Both the position numbers and the translations under genes were made by a program. 64,000 nucleotides of DNA from Octopus vulgaris. Taxonomy: Eukaryota. Below the pieces are notes generated by a model. That model searched no databases, was not told where the DNA came from, and saw nothing but the letters and a program-made list of their open reading frames with translations. Positions 41,270 to 54,159 of this stretch are shown here, piece by piece. Position 1 is the stretch's first letter. Each line of letters opens with the position of its first letter. The stretch spans positions 69,502,001 through 69,566,000 of the forward strand of contig OX597833.1 in assembly GCA_951406725.2 (NCBI GenBank). Direction: 5' to 3'.

Positions 41270-41730
41270 TTAATTTTTCAATTGCTGTTTAAATAAGTAC
41301 TAGCTTAAAACCCGCACCCTGTGCGGACATATTCCTTTACTCTTTTAGAGTCATTTGACTGTGGGCATGCTGGAGCACCTCCTTATACTTATACATATTG
41401 TCGCTACATGCTATTAAAGTGATAGCGTTGGCACTATGCTAGAAAATCCCGTCCACAAAGGATGTGGGTTCGAATCCCAGATGTTTCGAATTTTGCTATC
41501 GAAAAGAGATTTCCAACCCAAAATTTATCTATTAATATTGGTCACTCTCCGGACGAGATGCTGCCGAGGTTGACTTTGCCGATGATCCTTTCGAGGTCGA
41601 TAAAATAAGTTTCAGTCTAACAGTTGGGTATATCTAATAGACTAACCACTTTCCTGCAAAGTTTCGAAGTATATATATAATTATATGTACTTCGAGAATC
41701 AATTCCCCACAAGTATTATATATGTATAAG

Positions 41731-42134
41731 CACAGGCGTGGCTGTGTGGTAAGAAGCTTGCTTCCCAACCATATGGTTCCAGATACGGTCCAACTCCATG
41801 GCACCTTGGGCAAGAATCTTCTACTAAGACCCGATAACATCAGGCCGACAAAAGACTTGTAAATACGGAAACTGAAAGGAGTCCGTTATATATATATATA
41901 TATATATATATATGAATGTATGTAGATATGTTTGTGTGTCTGTGTTTGTCTCCCCAGCATCGCTTGACAATTGAAGTTGATGTGATTACCACCCGTTAAC
42001 CTAGGGGTTAACAAAAGAGTTCGATAGGAGTACTAGGTTTACAAAGAATAAGTCCTTGGGTTGATTTGTTCGACTAAAGGCGGTGCTCCAGCATGGCCCC
42101 AGCCTCTGGATGAAATCAGTAAAAGAGTAAAGGA
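41731..42134 (+). mobile_element. SINE family A
   Basis: Head to tail present, diverged. Confidence 0.82.
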
Positions 42135-42156
42135 ATACACACACACACACACATAC

Positions 42157-42213
<57 letters not shown>

Positions 42214-42547
42214 CCAAAGGTTGGCAGAGTTACCGGTTGTAGTAACGGACTAAGGGATAATAGTATCGGTATCAATTACCTGTGCTATCCCTGGGCGTGG
42301 GTATGCAAGCACACTATGCTCAGCTTATAGGGTACATATAAGAACAGAATAAATAGAATGTGCTATGAAGATGACATGACGAATATTATTTTCGGAATGT
42401 CCTTCGTAAGCACCGACCAACACTGGAAGTGGAAACGGCCGTAAGAAATGTTATGTCATGCTTTGTATTAAATAATAATCAACCGATGTGGTTCAATTTG
42501 TTTGTTTGATGATTAAAAAATTTCTCCATTTTCTTATTATTTAAATT

Positions 42548-42603
<56 letters not shown>

Positions 42604-43153
42604 GGAGAGATGGTGAGAGAGAGAAAGAGAGAGGTTGATATGTAGATAGCTATGTGTATGTACATCCACAAATGTAACTGGCAAATATATCCATATCTCC
42701 ACACATAAATCTGCTCATTTGTGAATGCATACAAATCATTTGATAAAAATAGTACTATTTCTCTATTGTATTTTCTGCGATTACCTTTTACAGAAAATAA
42801 CTTTTGCTCTCATATTCAATTTAAAACCCGTCGTAAACAATATTTTACGCTTATCATTATTTTGACCTTTGATTTTAAAATAAATCGCCTTCCACTTTTG
42901 AAACAGTGTGACATATCTTCGAAAGGCCGGCGTTCTTTATGCTTAATTTATGAATCCGGTTCAATGTAACAACTTTCAATAATTGCATTTGGCTTATGCT
43001 TTTGGGGATGGTAAATCTCATTTTGGCAGGATATTGATGCCATATAAATTTGCACCGAAAATAAGTTGGCTTCACAGATATTCCAGTATGAAACATTTCT
43101 ATCCAGGAAATTTTCTTTACAACATTCTCAAGTCTATTTTAAGTACACGTCCA

Positions 43154-43260
43154 CGTATCACAATAAACCGCGGGATGGGCAGAAATATGAATATTCCTTC
43201 CTCATTACACATGATGCGATCAAATGTTTGGATGTGTGCGATTAGACTTAAACAAAATGC
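43154..43260 (+). repeat. ~107-bp direct repeat, copy 1 (copy 2 at 43494-43599)
   Basis: ACGTATCAC(A)ATAAACCGCGG.ATGGGCAGAAAT...GACTTAAACAAAATG occurs twice. Confidence 0.85.
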
Positions 43261-43602
43261 AAAATAAATTCCCTTGTTTCTTCTTTGAAACATAAAATTT
43301 TGATAAGGGTTTCTTTATCAACTCCGTCTTTCGTCTAGTTTTATCTATCATATATTTTCTAGACAAGCTGAACTAAAATTTAAAAACAAATTTTTGCACC
43401 TTTTTGCTAATTTATAGTGCTGTAGTTTTCATCAGCCATGAATTACTCTTGTACTTAAAACTGAATTCAGAACTCTATTTTGAGTACATGTTAACGTATC
43501 ACATAAACCGCGGAATGGGCAGAAATGAGAATATTTCTTCCTCATTGCACATCATACGATCAAATGTTTGGATGTGTGCGATTCGACTTAAACAAAATGA
43601 AG

Positions 43603-43982
43603 AGATTACGTCAGGGTAGGAGAGTGTGCGCCCTCTGGTATTGCGAGTAGATGGCTTCTGAAGGAGAAGAGTAGAAATTACCTCATTTTCAGGTTTACAA
43701 CAATGTCCAGCAAACTGGACTCTCCTACCTTTCACAAGAGATGATGCAGGTGGTAATTTCCCATATATTTGCATTTTGGTTGGATGGCGCTTCCACGAGA
43801 GATTTTGAGCTCTCATAAGGAGGCGAGTGTCGGTTCCATCCGACCGCCTCTCAAGCTTCTTTGATAACGTCCAGGTTTCTGAGCCATATAGTAGAATTGG
43901 TTCGACTGTGGCTTCGAAGATTTCAAGTTTGAAGTCTCTACTTAGATTTGATGACCAGATCTTATGCATATCATTACAGGCT
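43603..43982 (-). mobile_element. RTE-group LINE reverse transcriptase C-terminal fragment
   Basis: KIWSSNLSRDFKLEIFEATVEPILLYGSETWTL...RRVQFAGHC...RGRTLSYPDVI are typical RTE/RTE-X post-RT motifs. Confidence 0.88.
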
Positions 43983-44644
43983 GAAACAATTTAATAATTT
44001 TATGACATAACTAATGCATCTGTCACAGCAACTTCTCGAAGAATTAAAAGTTAAGAATTAAAAATCAAACACTCTCATTATCATTTCTATGCCTTGCGTT
44101 ATGAACAGCGTTAATAATATTTGATTAACAATTACAAAAGCGTCAGCAACAGCTGAATATCTGTAAAAACAACAACAATAACAAAAATAGGAGAATTGAC
44201 TCAGTAATTTCGATAAGAGAAACAACAGCTGCGATTACATAAAACAACAATAGTAGAAGTACGAGCATTGACCAGAAGACTGCATCTGGTTTTGACCTCT
44301 ACTTTCACTAACGAAATTTGCTTCCGCATCATTCCAACATTATCGCTTCATTAATTGCTAATATCTCTGCTCGTTTATCGGATCCATGATGAACATCACG
44401 TGGTCCTTAAGGATGACTGATGTCTTGTGCAATGATTTTTTTTTGTTTAAGGTACAGGGTGGATCACCCTCAACCTCACCCTCCCGTCCGTTACAATCTT
44501 AATCCGTGGGGGGCAAGAGCAGGTCAAGATGGCTGATGATGTTGACAGGTTTTTGTGCATGACCAAGAGGTATTGATTTCCATATTTTGCTAGCTCTCTC
44601 TTTCTCTCTCTCTTTCTCTCTCTCACTTTCTCTCTCTCTGTCTT

Positions 44645-44690
<46 letters not shown>

Positions 44691-46498
44691 GTTTCTTCAC
44701 CCCAAAGTCTACCAGATCCAAACGTTGCATGCATAGGTAAGCAAGCCTTTGCACTGACAGGAAATTCCTGGTATCATATGATAATACATCTGTGATTAGT
44801 ATATAAACTATTCATATGATTTCACCAAAGATCTGTTAATTTTCTGTCTCGATGAGCACTATTGCTCTTAAATTGTTCAAAATGGGGAGGTGAAGGAAGA
44901 TGTTGCTCATTATATCGCTCTTCTCAGCCCACATAATAACCGACCTTAGGTTTACATTTGCGAATGCCTTTCGTTTCTTTCCAACTGTAGAGCTTCTTGT
45001 CACAAATGTCATTTTGGTTAAACCAAGACGAGATGATCGAAACATTATGGTGGACCCTGTTGTTTAGGGAATTACTTACCTATTCTGTTTTCTAATGATT
45101 AGATACTGCAACTCCTGATGTCACATAAGGTTGAATATTATTTCTTGGCGGTTGAAACTGGAGGAGTCCGAGGACTATAATGAGCGACCATATTGTTTTA
45201 TAGTTTAAGGAACAGTCGTATCGATTCCACTGCTGGTCATGCTTCATTTTAGTCTATATTATTCTCACCTTTGATTCTTTCCTATTTCTGGTTCCTTCTC
45301 AGACAGAGGTGCCTGTGGTGTGGCTGACGGCGGCAAGATGACCAATGATATCTCTCTGTTGCCGTCTTAAACCTGAACAGCATTAGTGTTGACAATGTTC
45401 ATTATGGGAAAGATTATTGCACTAAGTCCAGTAGTAGAGTTTCTTATCCTTCTTATGTCACTTCTTTTCCTCATCTCTACAAATTACTTGAAAAACAATA
45501 GTGATGATGTTATATCTTACAGTATTTATTGTGGTAGCAGGGTTTATTATCATCAGTTTTGTCTCACTTCCGTTTCGTTGCTATGGGAAACGGATGCCAT
45601 ATTTCTTAAAATGTTGAAATGCTAACAATAAAAAAATATTCTTTTTCTCTAAATGAAAAATTCAACCTACTATTGTAAGTATAGATTTTGTCAAACCAAC
45701 GGTTAGATCTGTACGATAATACCCAACCATATAAAGCAGCAAAACACCAGAAGTACAAAATTCAATAGTTATTAAAAGCCAAATTCCTCAGAGGTAACCG
45801 AACTAGCACAGATAATCCAAAAGGAATATAAACAGCAGACACTATAATCTGATATGCTTAGAGTCCAAGATGGCAAATTTCATGAATATCTAAATAAAAA
45901 TGGTCTTGATATTTATCTCCAAAACGCTGGTGGTTTATTCCCAATGTGCAATATTCAACCCAAACACTAATCATTGACGTAACAAATTGTCTATACAGAC
46001 GTTTAGCCTAGCACTTTAATGCAATTTCATAATACTGTACCCGTGTTTCTTCTCAATCGATTTAATATTTCTATTCACACAAGTAACAGAGCAAAATGTA
46101 TTTGCAAACACAATCTATGATACAGGAAAAATCCATTTCTTAACTTAACCTAATTGAAATTCCGCTGCGAATTAATGAAAGCAAATTGTGTTTATATAAC
46201 TTTATAGACTGAACTAATATAATTTACATACATGCGTACATATACACGAACGAATGTATGTATGTATGTATGTATGTATGTATGTATTTATTTAGGTGTG
46301 CTCATGCGTGTGCGTGTGAAGCTTGTGCGCATGCGTATTTGTGTGTAATGAAGAACAAAATATAGATCGGCATTTATTTGCAAAAATGCCGATGTATTTC
46401 TTGGTGTGTCTGTATATGAATGTGCGTGTCTGAGTGTGTGTGTCTATCTATGCCTGTGTGTATATATGCATACATACACACCACACATACACGCACAC

Positions 46499-46547
<49 letters not shown>

Positions 46548-46562
46548 CATATATATAATATG

Positions 46563-46723
46563 TCTGTAAATGTAATATGTGACAATTATTCGGTAGCCAT
46601 GATAAAACTCAGAGTTTTATCTTGGCTACCGAATAATTGTCACAAATTACATTTACAGATAAATTCCTCTATTTACATAATATCGAGGTCTCTTTCTTTC
46701 TTTCGTCGTCTTGCCATTTTTAT

Positions 46724-46727
<4 letters not shown>
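46563..46727 (+). mobile_element. 3' tail of the 51470-52492 PLE family, folded into a palindrome
   Basis: Inverted repeat 46563-46659 centred on AAAACTC-A-GAGTTTT; downstream sequence matches the reverse complement of 51470-51585. Confidence 0.8.
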
Positions 46728-46765
<38 letters not shown>

Positions 46766-46928
46766 GCAACAGAATAGAGGAATTTCGATTATCCCCACGT
46801 GGTGAGTTGTAATGTATATAAAAAGGAAAATACGCACACTTACATGTTTTTAATATAATTTTCAATATATCGACCGCTTTCGCTATTGCTATTCATGAGC
46901 AGCTCGCGCTCTTAAGCACTACGCAATA

Positions 46929-47222
46929 TGCCCGTGAGCATATGGTTAAGAGTACGGGCTACTAACCCCGAGATTCCGAGTTCGATTCCAGGCAGTGACG
47001 TAAATAATAATAATGATAATTAAAAAGGATAATAAAAATAATAATAATATGAATAATAACAACACCTACAACAACATCGAAAAATACATTAGGAATGAGA
47101 ACCTAGGTTCGACATTTCAGACACCTGATGAAGGCTGGAGGGTATATCAGCCGAAACGTTGTGTCAACAACAAACAAGATGAGGACAATTATTCATCAAA
47201 TGTAAATAATGTAAATAATGTA
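46929..47222 (+). mobile_element. tRNA-headed SINE (family D) containing a hammerhead ribozyme
   Basis: Head with TGGTTAAGAG and B-box GAGTTCGATTCC, then an (AAT)n spacer, HHR and an (AATGTAAAT)n tail; head and tail recur at 61952-62063. Confidence 0.8.
47120..47165 (+). ncRNA. minimal type-I hammerhead ribozyme
   Basis: GACAC-CTGATGA-A-GGCTG-loop-CAGCC-GAAA-CG-T-T-GTGTC; palindromic stem III ACGT, GUU site. Confidence 0.85.
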
Positions 47223-47789
47223 TATATTATGTATGTACATATGAGCGGATGAGTGAATGAATTCATGGATGGATGGATTGGTGGGTGCTTTTATGTATGT
47301 ATATATAAGTGCATGAAAGTGCATATGCATGTACCTGTATATATGTAAACATATATGCATGTACCGCTTTACGTGTGCAGATGTACAGAGAAGCGTTGGC
47401 GTAGGTGTCGTTACACACCTGAATTTTATTAGATTGTATACCTCTTGAATGCTTTACATCTTTCGAGAGTACATTTTATATCTTCCAGCTCAAATCTGTG
47501 GTTTACAGGTGTTACTGCTCCTTCTGTAAAACACACCTCCACAGCATTGTTATTCAGTCAATTAATCAAGTAACAAACCCCTCTCATAATTATAATTAGC
47601 AATCTAAAATCACAATCTAGTGTGAATCAAGGCAGGCCCCCCTCAGGGGTTTGTTTTTCCCTTCATAATGTCATCTGCAGGTTAACTCTATTGTGCAAAG
47701 TTTCTTTTTTAACAGAAAGATCATTATGCCTGGTCTTCCATTTTACTGAAATTTTTACAAGTTTATTCTATCATTTTTTCTCACAGTTT

Positions 47790-48272
47790 TCCAGCCAACA
47801 CCTGAAACTCTACTTCAAAAATAACGTGGAAGTCATCCATAATGTTAAGGTGACATCGACGATTTTCTCGGACCATAACTTCATGGAACTAATAATGTAG
47901 GGTTCTAAGAAGACTACAGAGTCTACTACTTTCCAGCCTGAACTTTTACAAAGCTGATTGGAATGTTATTGAGTAAGAGGTCATGGAACAAATCTGGTCT
48001 ACGTGTCTCTCTACGCAAGCTTTTGACATAAAGCTACAACGCTTTATGACAATCATACACAGCATATGCAGTACGTTTAGCGACTAAAATATGCCAGTGC
48101 TTTGGAGGACATTTGTACTCAGTCAATTAGACTAATTGTTTCAACTATGGTCACCCTAAAATGTCAGATTAGTAGTAGAACTTGAGGTTGTTCAGCGGTG
48201 TTACACCATGAAGACTGCGCCAACGGAAAAGCTGACCTGCTGAGAGAGAATGAAAGATCCACGACTCTACAA
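47790..48272 (+). mobile_element. decayed CR1-group LINE (APE endonuclease end plus post-RT segment)
   Basis: NNVEVIHNVKVTSTIFSDHNFMEL (SDH motif), then LWRTFVLSQLD*LFQLWSP*..ELEVVQRCYT..ERMK; large internal deletion. Confidence 0.7.
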
Positions 48273-48454
48273 CTTCTACCAAAGCCCGATACATAGCATT
48301 AATTCTACACAAGATAGGTTTCCTTCTCAGCCAAATAGATACATTGGTTAAATTTGCAAAATCATGGCTCTATTGGAGAAAAAACTTTGCCGTATTTAGT
48401 TTGGGTTCTTTAGGTTCTGAAATCAAATTTTACCTTTCATACCTCCAAGGTCTT

Positions 48455-48707
48455 TTATTCATTTAATTGTTTCAGCCATTAGACCGTGGCCATGCCTGTG
48501 GTGCACCCCCTTGAATTTTAAATCGAATGAATCGGCCTCAGTAAATATATTAATATATGTAAGCGCATATATATATATATATATATATTGAGCCTGATAT
48601 TTATTGTTTCGGTTTCTTGTACCGAGCCGCTAAGTTACGGGGATACGAGCGCAACAGCACCGGTTGAAAAGCGGTGGTGGCAGGGACAAACACAAGCACA
48701 AAGACAA

Positions 48708-48771
<64 letters not shown>

Positions 48772-49329
48772 TAGCAGTATCGCCCGGCGTTGCTCGGGTT
48801 TGTAAGGGAAATAACTATATACGCATTTTTAGAGAGTTATAGCCAAAAAAGGCATTAAAAATGGAAAATAAATTATGGTCAATTTTTTTTAAATCGTTGA
48901 CTCATCGTAGACATTTTTAGAGAGTTATTTCCTTTATATAATAGCGAAAAAATGCATTAAAATGGAAAGAATTATGGTAATTTTTTTTTAAATCGTAGAC
49001 TCATCGTAGACGCGCGCTAATACCCAGAAGGGCTCGATATGAATCACGACTATAAGATACCCGGTTTTGGTTAAACTGCACCGCAAAATGTGGGAGTAGT
49101 TAGGAATCTAAATCGTAGGAGACAGACACACAACTTGACATTTGTATATAAAGATATATATATACGAAGGGCTGCTCTCAGTTTCCGCCAACCAAATCCA
49201 TTCAAAAGGCATTGGTCAAGCCGAGGCTATAGTGGAAGACAATTGCCCCAAGGTGCCACTCAGACGTACCGAACCCGGAACCATATAGTTGGGAAGCAAA
49301 CTTCTTATCATACAGCCACGCCTTCACCT
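48455..49329 (-). mobile_element. SINE family A interrupted by a Helitron
   Basis: Tail and body at 48455-48770; head at 49155-49329. Confidence 0.75.
48771..49154 (-). mobile_element. non-autonomous Helitron (same family as 37952-38255)
   Basis: CTAG end with hairpin, TC start, internal subrepeat duplicated. Confidence 0.88.
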
Positions 49330-49632
49330 ATGATAAAGGATAGGGCCCGTGGAATAGTCTCAATATAAACGACTAAATTTCTGACCTCATATTTATGCAA
49401 GAACCATTATTGAGCCTTTCAAACGCTAACAAATTTCATAACGAAATATCATTTATATGACCATATAAGGAATATACGGGAACGTAGAAAGATTTCCTAA
49501 AATCTACAGCCTTCGTCTTAGATTTATGTATTTTTTAACGAATCACTGATTTTTGGAAAGATACGATACATGATGAGGTCAAATTTAACTACCAAATAAT
49601 AGCTTCAGATATTGTGTGTATATATATATATG

Positions 49633-49685
<53 letters not shown>

Positions 49686-49949
49686 CACACACATATATAT
49701 ATATATATATTTTTTATGAGTTTGATGATTTAATATATTTTCATTTTTTAGTACCTATAAATATCATATACGAAGTTTTACGATGCCTCCCTAAGGCTAG
49801 TTTCTATGCTAACGGTATATTTTTTATATATGTATAAATAGAGATAATTATATACATAGACACCACACACACATGCACACATACACGCACGCACATACAG
49901 GCGCCTATATGTGTGCATATGTACTTATATACATACATATGTGGGCGTA

Positions 49950-50012
<63 letters not shown>

Positions 50013-50063
50013 ACTTGGAAGTGGATGTGTGGCGTTTATACATGCATGTATATATATAATATA

Positions 50064-50110
<47 letters not shown>

Positions 50111-50201
50111 ATATATACATATATATACGTGTATATGTATACATGTATATGCTTATATACATATGTATATATGTATATATATATATACATATATATACGC
50201 A

Positions 50202-50237
<36 letters not shown>

Positions 50238-50859
50238 TGTATGTATGTATGTATGTATCTATGTATGTATGTATGTATGTATGTGTATGTATGTATGTAT
50301 ATATGTACATATACGTCTGTATTTCCGCGTACACCAGAAATTCAGCTGCGATCGACAAGTCCTAAAAGTACATGCTAATCGGTGATATTAGAAAATAATG
50401 TTTACTGTGCAAAGTTCGTATAAAGAAAGTGGGCGGAAGGAGAGGTGTGGACAAGGGGAAGGAGGGTGAGAGGTCAGGGGAAATCTTACCCCGACTCCAA
50501 CAGGTTCTGTACTAGAAAATTTTTTTCGTTAAATCAAAATTTTGGAGATTTATTTCTGAAAGCAATCCCTTCTCAATTACATGGGTCTGGGTTCAGACCC
50601 ACTGCGTATCACCTTGGGTTCAACCCACTACTATAGCCTCGGACCGACCAAAGCCTTGCGAATAGACCTTGGGAATGGGCCCGGCATCTCGAATATAATG
50701 TTTAAATGGTTTCTTTTGTGCCTTAAGATTTTTACTATTTCTGTGGTGAACTTCTCCTTCCCTTGATGCCCTAAACACGTGCTTATTTTACTTAATGGGT
50801 AATCCAGCGCTGGTGGTGGTAGTGGGATTAAAATGACACCCACGCGCACATACATACAC

Positions 50860-51040
50860 ACACATATGCATTACAGGCTTACATCAGTTTCCGTCTTCCT
50901 GATCCGCTCACAAGGTTTTGGTCCACTCAAGTTACTGTAGAAGACATTTGCCTAGGTGCCTAGGTGCCATGCAATAGTACCGAACCAAGAATCAAGTGGA
51001 TGGCAAGGAACCTTCCTACCACACAGTCACGCCTCCGCCT
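50860..51040 (-). mobile_element. SINE family A 5' half, diverged
   Basis: CAGTTTCCGTCT..CACAAGGTTTTGGTC..ACCACACAGTCACGCCT. Confidence 0.65.
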
Positions 51041-51376
51041 ACATTGGTACTGAAATTCCTGTGGATAAGGTTGACCCAAATTTCTCTGTTATTACACTAA
51101 AGTACATCGAAATCAATACATCCTATTTATAAATTTACATATTTACTGTAATAAGTTTCAATTATTCTATTCCAAACTTTTTCTCATCCGATAATTATCT
51201 GCATGTAAACTTATCGATAACCTTCCATTGTCTTTACATGTGTTGCTTTATAAGTAGGCTGCAATTAATGATCTCATAAAATCAATCATGAAGCGATCCA
51301 ATCCACTGTACTCCCTTTAACAGTGTAGATTTGTATCTTTCAATCTCTCTGCTTTCCTATCTCCATTACTCTAAGC

Positions 51377-51407
<31 letters not shown>

Positions 51408-51421
51408 TATATATATATATG

Positions 51422-51474
<53 letters not shown>

Positions 51475-51570
51475 ATAAAACGGTAAGATAACAAAAGAAA
51501 GAAAGAGACCTCAATATTATGTAAATAGAGGAAATTTATCTATACAATATGTTACATTACTCGGTAGTCA

Positions 51571-51633
51571 AGATAAAACTCTGAGTTTCAGATGCCGAAG
51601 TGGAAATCCACAACACCATCTCTTCGGTTATCT
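51571..51633 (-). ncRNA. hammerhead-like motif, U4C variant (left arm)
   Basis: Mirror image of 52397-52459. Confidence 0.6.
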
Positions 51634-52396
51634 GGCTATTTGAAAACGTTATGAAAAAATACCGTTAAAAATGAAGGGAAATTACTCTGTTATAACTCTG
51701 CTTTGCCTGCGTACTTATACATCGCTCGCATTTTTCGTCATAAAAATTATATAAAAATACATAAAAATATATAAAAATATATAAAATCTTCTTGGGACAT
51801 AACACAGAAAGCATGTTCTATCCGTTTTCTTTAGGGGACCAAAAACGTTGCAGAAATTTAGTCACATGTGGGCATGATCCGAAAAGCTCTGTCCTTGTAT
51901 TTAGACATGTGGTAGGGTCTAAGCTGCTTTTCCAGATAAGCCATCTCTCCGTGTCGCATAAACCGCACCTTCCGCTGCCGTTAGTATAGGGCTTACATCT
52001 GGCCAAAATCTTCCATTGTATGTTATAATCGACACCTTTATCTCTTAAAGACCAAAGGAAGGTGCGGTTTATGCGACACGGAGAGATGGCTTATCTGGAA
52101 AAGCAGCTTAGACCCTACCACATGTCTAAATACAAGGACAGAGCTTTTCGGATCATGCCCACATGTGACTAAATTTCTGTTACGTTTTTGGTCCCCTAAA
52201 GAAAACGGATAGAACATGCTTTCTGTGTTATGTCCCAAGAAGATTTTATATATTTTTATATATTTTTATGTATTTTTATATAATTTTTATGACGAAAAAT
52301 GCGAGCGATGTATAAGTACGCAGGCAAAGCAGAGTTATAACAGAGTAATTTCCCTTCATTTTTAACGGTATTTTTTCATAACGTTTTCAAATAGCC

Positions 52397-52459
52397 AGAT
52401 AACCGAAGAGATGGTGTTGTGGATTTCCACTTCGGCATCTGAAACTCAGAGTTTTATCT
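52397..52459 (+). ncRNA. hammerhead-like motif, U4C variant (right arm)
   Basis: AGATAA-CCGAAGA-GATG...CATC-T-GAAAC-TCAGA-GTT-TTATCT; lies in the PLE 3' UTR, where HHRs are expected. Confidence 0.62.
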
Positions 52460-52490
52460 TGACTACCGAGTAATGTAACATATTGTATAG

Positions 52491-52525
<35 letters not shown>

Positions 52526-53278
52526 TATATAAATTAATAAGTAAAATATATACATACATACATGTATGCACGTCCCTATATCTACATGTTTATATACATG
52601 CATATATAAATATATATATGTGAGTACAGGACACCACAAATAGACGTAGAACTCAACGAGAAACGAAAACGTAAAAACAAACGTAAAAACAAACATGGAA
52701 ACAGACTTTTTTTAACAACGAAAAACAGAGTACATAACAAAAAAATATATATATACTTTATAATTATATATATATATATATATATATATACTTTATAATT
52801 AAAGCTGCAGAAACTTTACAACAATATCTCACAAAAAAGTACTGCTACTCGTTCGTCAATCAGTTTTGATTGAGAGTGGAACAAAAATTAAGGTTATCTG
52901 TATAAATATACAAATTTCATTAACAGATACACATTCGAAATTGGTGTCGTTTCGTTGGTCGTTTCTACGAATGGATTTTTTTTTAAAGAAACGGTGATAT
53001 ACATGATAAAAGTAAAAGGTTTAAAAATCATATTGCGTAAAGCGGAAGAAAACCTTAAAGCAAAAAATAAATTTTAGTTAGAAGGAAAAACAAATTTTAA
53101 CCCGCGAAAATCAATAATTGGTAGAATAAGTGTAATTAAAACAATGGAAAGTCTGTTTATAAAAAATATATATAGACACACGTTATTCACATAAAAATGC
53201 ATACAAATATTCACTTAACAAAACACACACTAAAAAATATGCATATATATGTACACAAGCACGTAAAAACCTTGATAC

Positions 53279-53347
<69 letters not shown>

Positions 53348-53384
53348 TAAAAACATATACAGAGGTATCTACATGCATACATAC

Positions 53385-53423
<39 letters not shown>

Positions 53424-53608
53424 TATATATATATGTATATATATACATATATATATATAATATATATATATACATATGTTATTATATGTATATATATACA
53501 TATATTATATAATATATATATATACATATGTTTATGTATATATATATATACATATGTGTATACTATACAAGCATATATACAAGTCTAACTACCATGTATG
53601 AAATCTCA

Positions 53609-53639
<31 letters not shown>

Positions 53640-53647
53640 AACAAGCT

Positions 53648-54013
53648 AGGTGTAGTGGGTGTGTGGTAACAAGCTTGCTTCCCAACCACATCGTGCCGTG
53701 TTCATTCCCACTCGATGCTACGTTGGGAAATTATCTTCTACTATAGCCTCGGGCAAACCAAGTACTTGTCAGTGGACTTGATCGACAGAAACTGAAAGAA
53801 GCCCTTCGTATACATACATATATATACGTAAGTGTATGTGCTCCTCTCTCTGTCTTTTGTCTCACGCCTCACTTTGATAACCGGTGTTGGTGTCTTTATG
53901 TCCCCCGTGTCATAAGCGTTTCGAGACAAGACATCGATGGAATAGTACCAGGCGTGAAATATAATAAGTCATGGGATCAACTAAGTCCCTTCAAGGAAAT
54001 TCTTGTGGCCCTA
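53648..54013 (+). mobile_element. SINE family A, diverged
   Basis: GTGTGGTAACAAGCTTGCTTCCCAACCAC head and body. Confidence 0.7.
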
Positions 54014-54128
54014 TTAAACGATGTGAGGATCACTTCCCTGCGTGCGGACACATCCAGAGGGCCCAATGTGTGTCTGGCTTCTGGACTTGCAACTGTCCTC
54101 GTGTGTGACGTAATGTACATATATATGC

Positions 54129-54159
<31 letters not shown>

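Larger units (their letters stand above)
51470..52492. mobile_element. Penelope-like element 3' end as head-to-head inverted repeat (436-bp arms)
   Basis: Arms 51538-51973 and 52057-52492; the minus frame reads WSLRDKGVDYNIQWKILARCKPYTNGSGRCGLCDTERWLIW..CLNTRTELFGSCPHVTKFL, the Penelope GIY-YIG C-terminus (C..C..E..LN.R.E...C.H). Confidence 0.92.

Noticed and set aside
41425-41490. tRNA-like B-box GGTTCGAATCCC
   Set aside because: No cloverleaf; probably a SINE head remnant, not a tRNA gene.
44750-45050. Possible LINE APE endonuclease N-terminus
   Set aside because: Too degenerate to support by eye.
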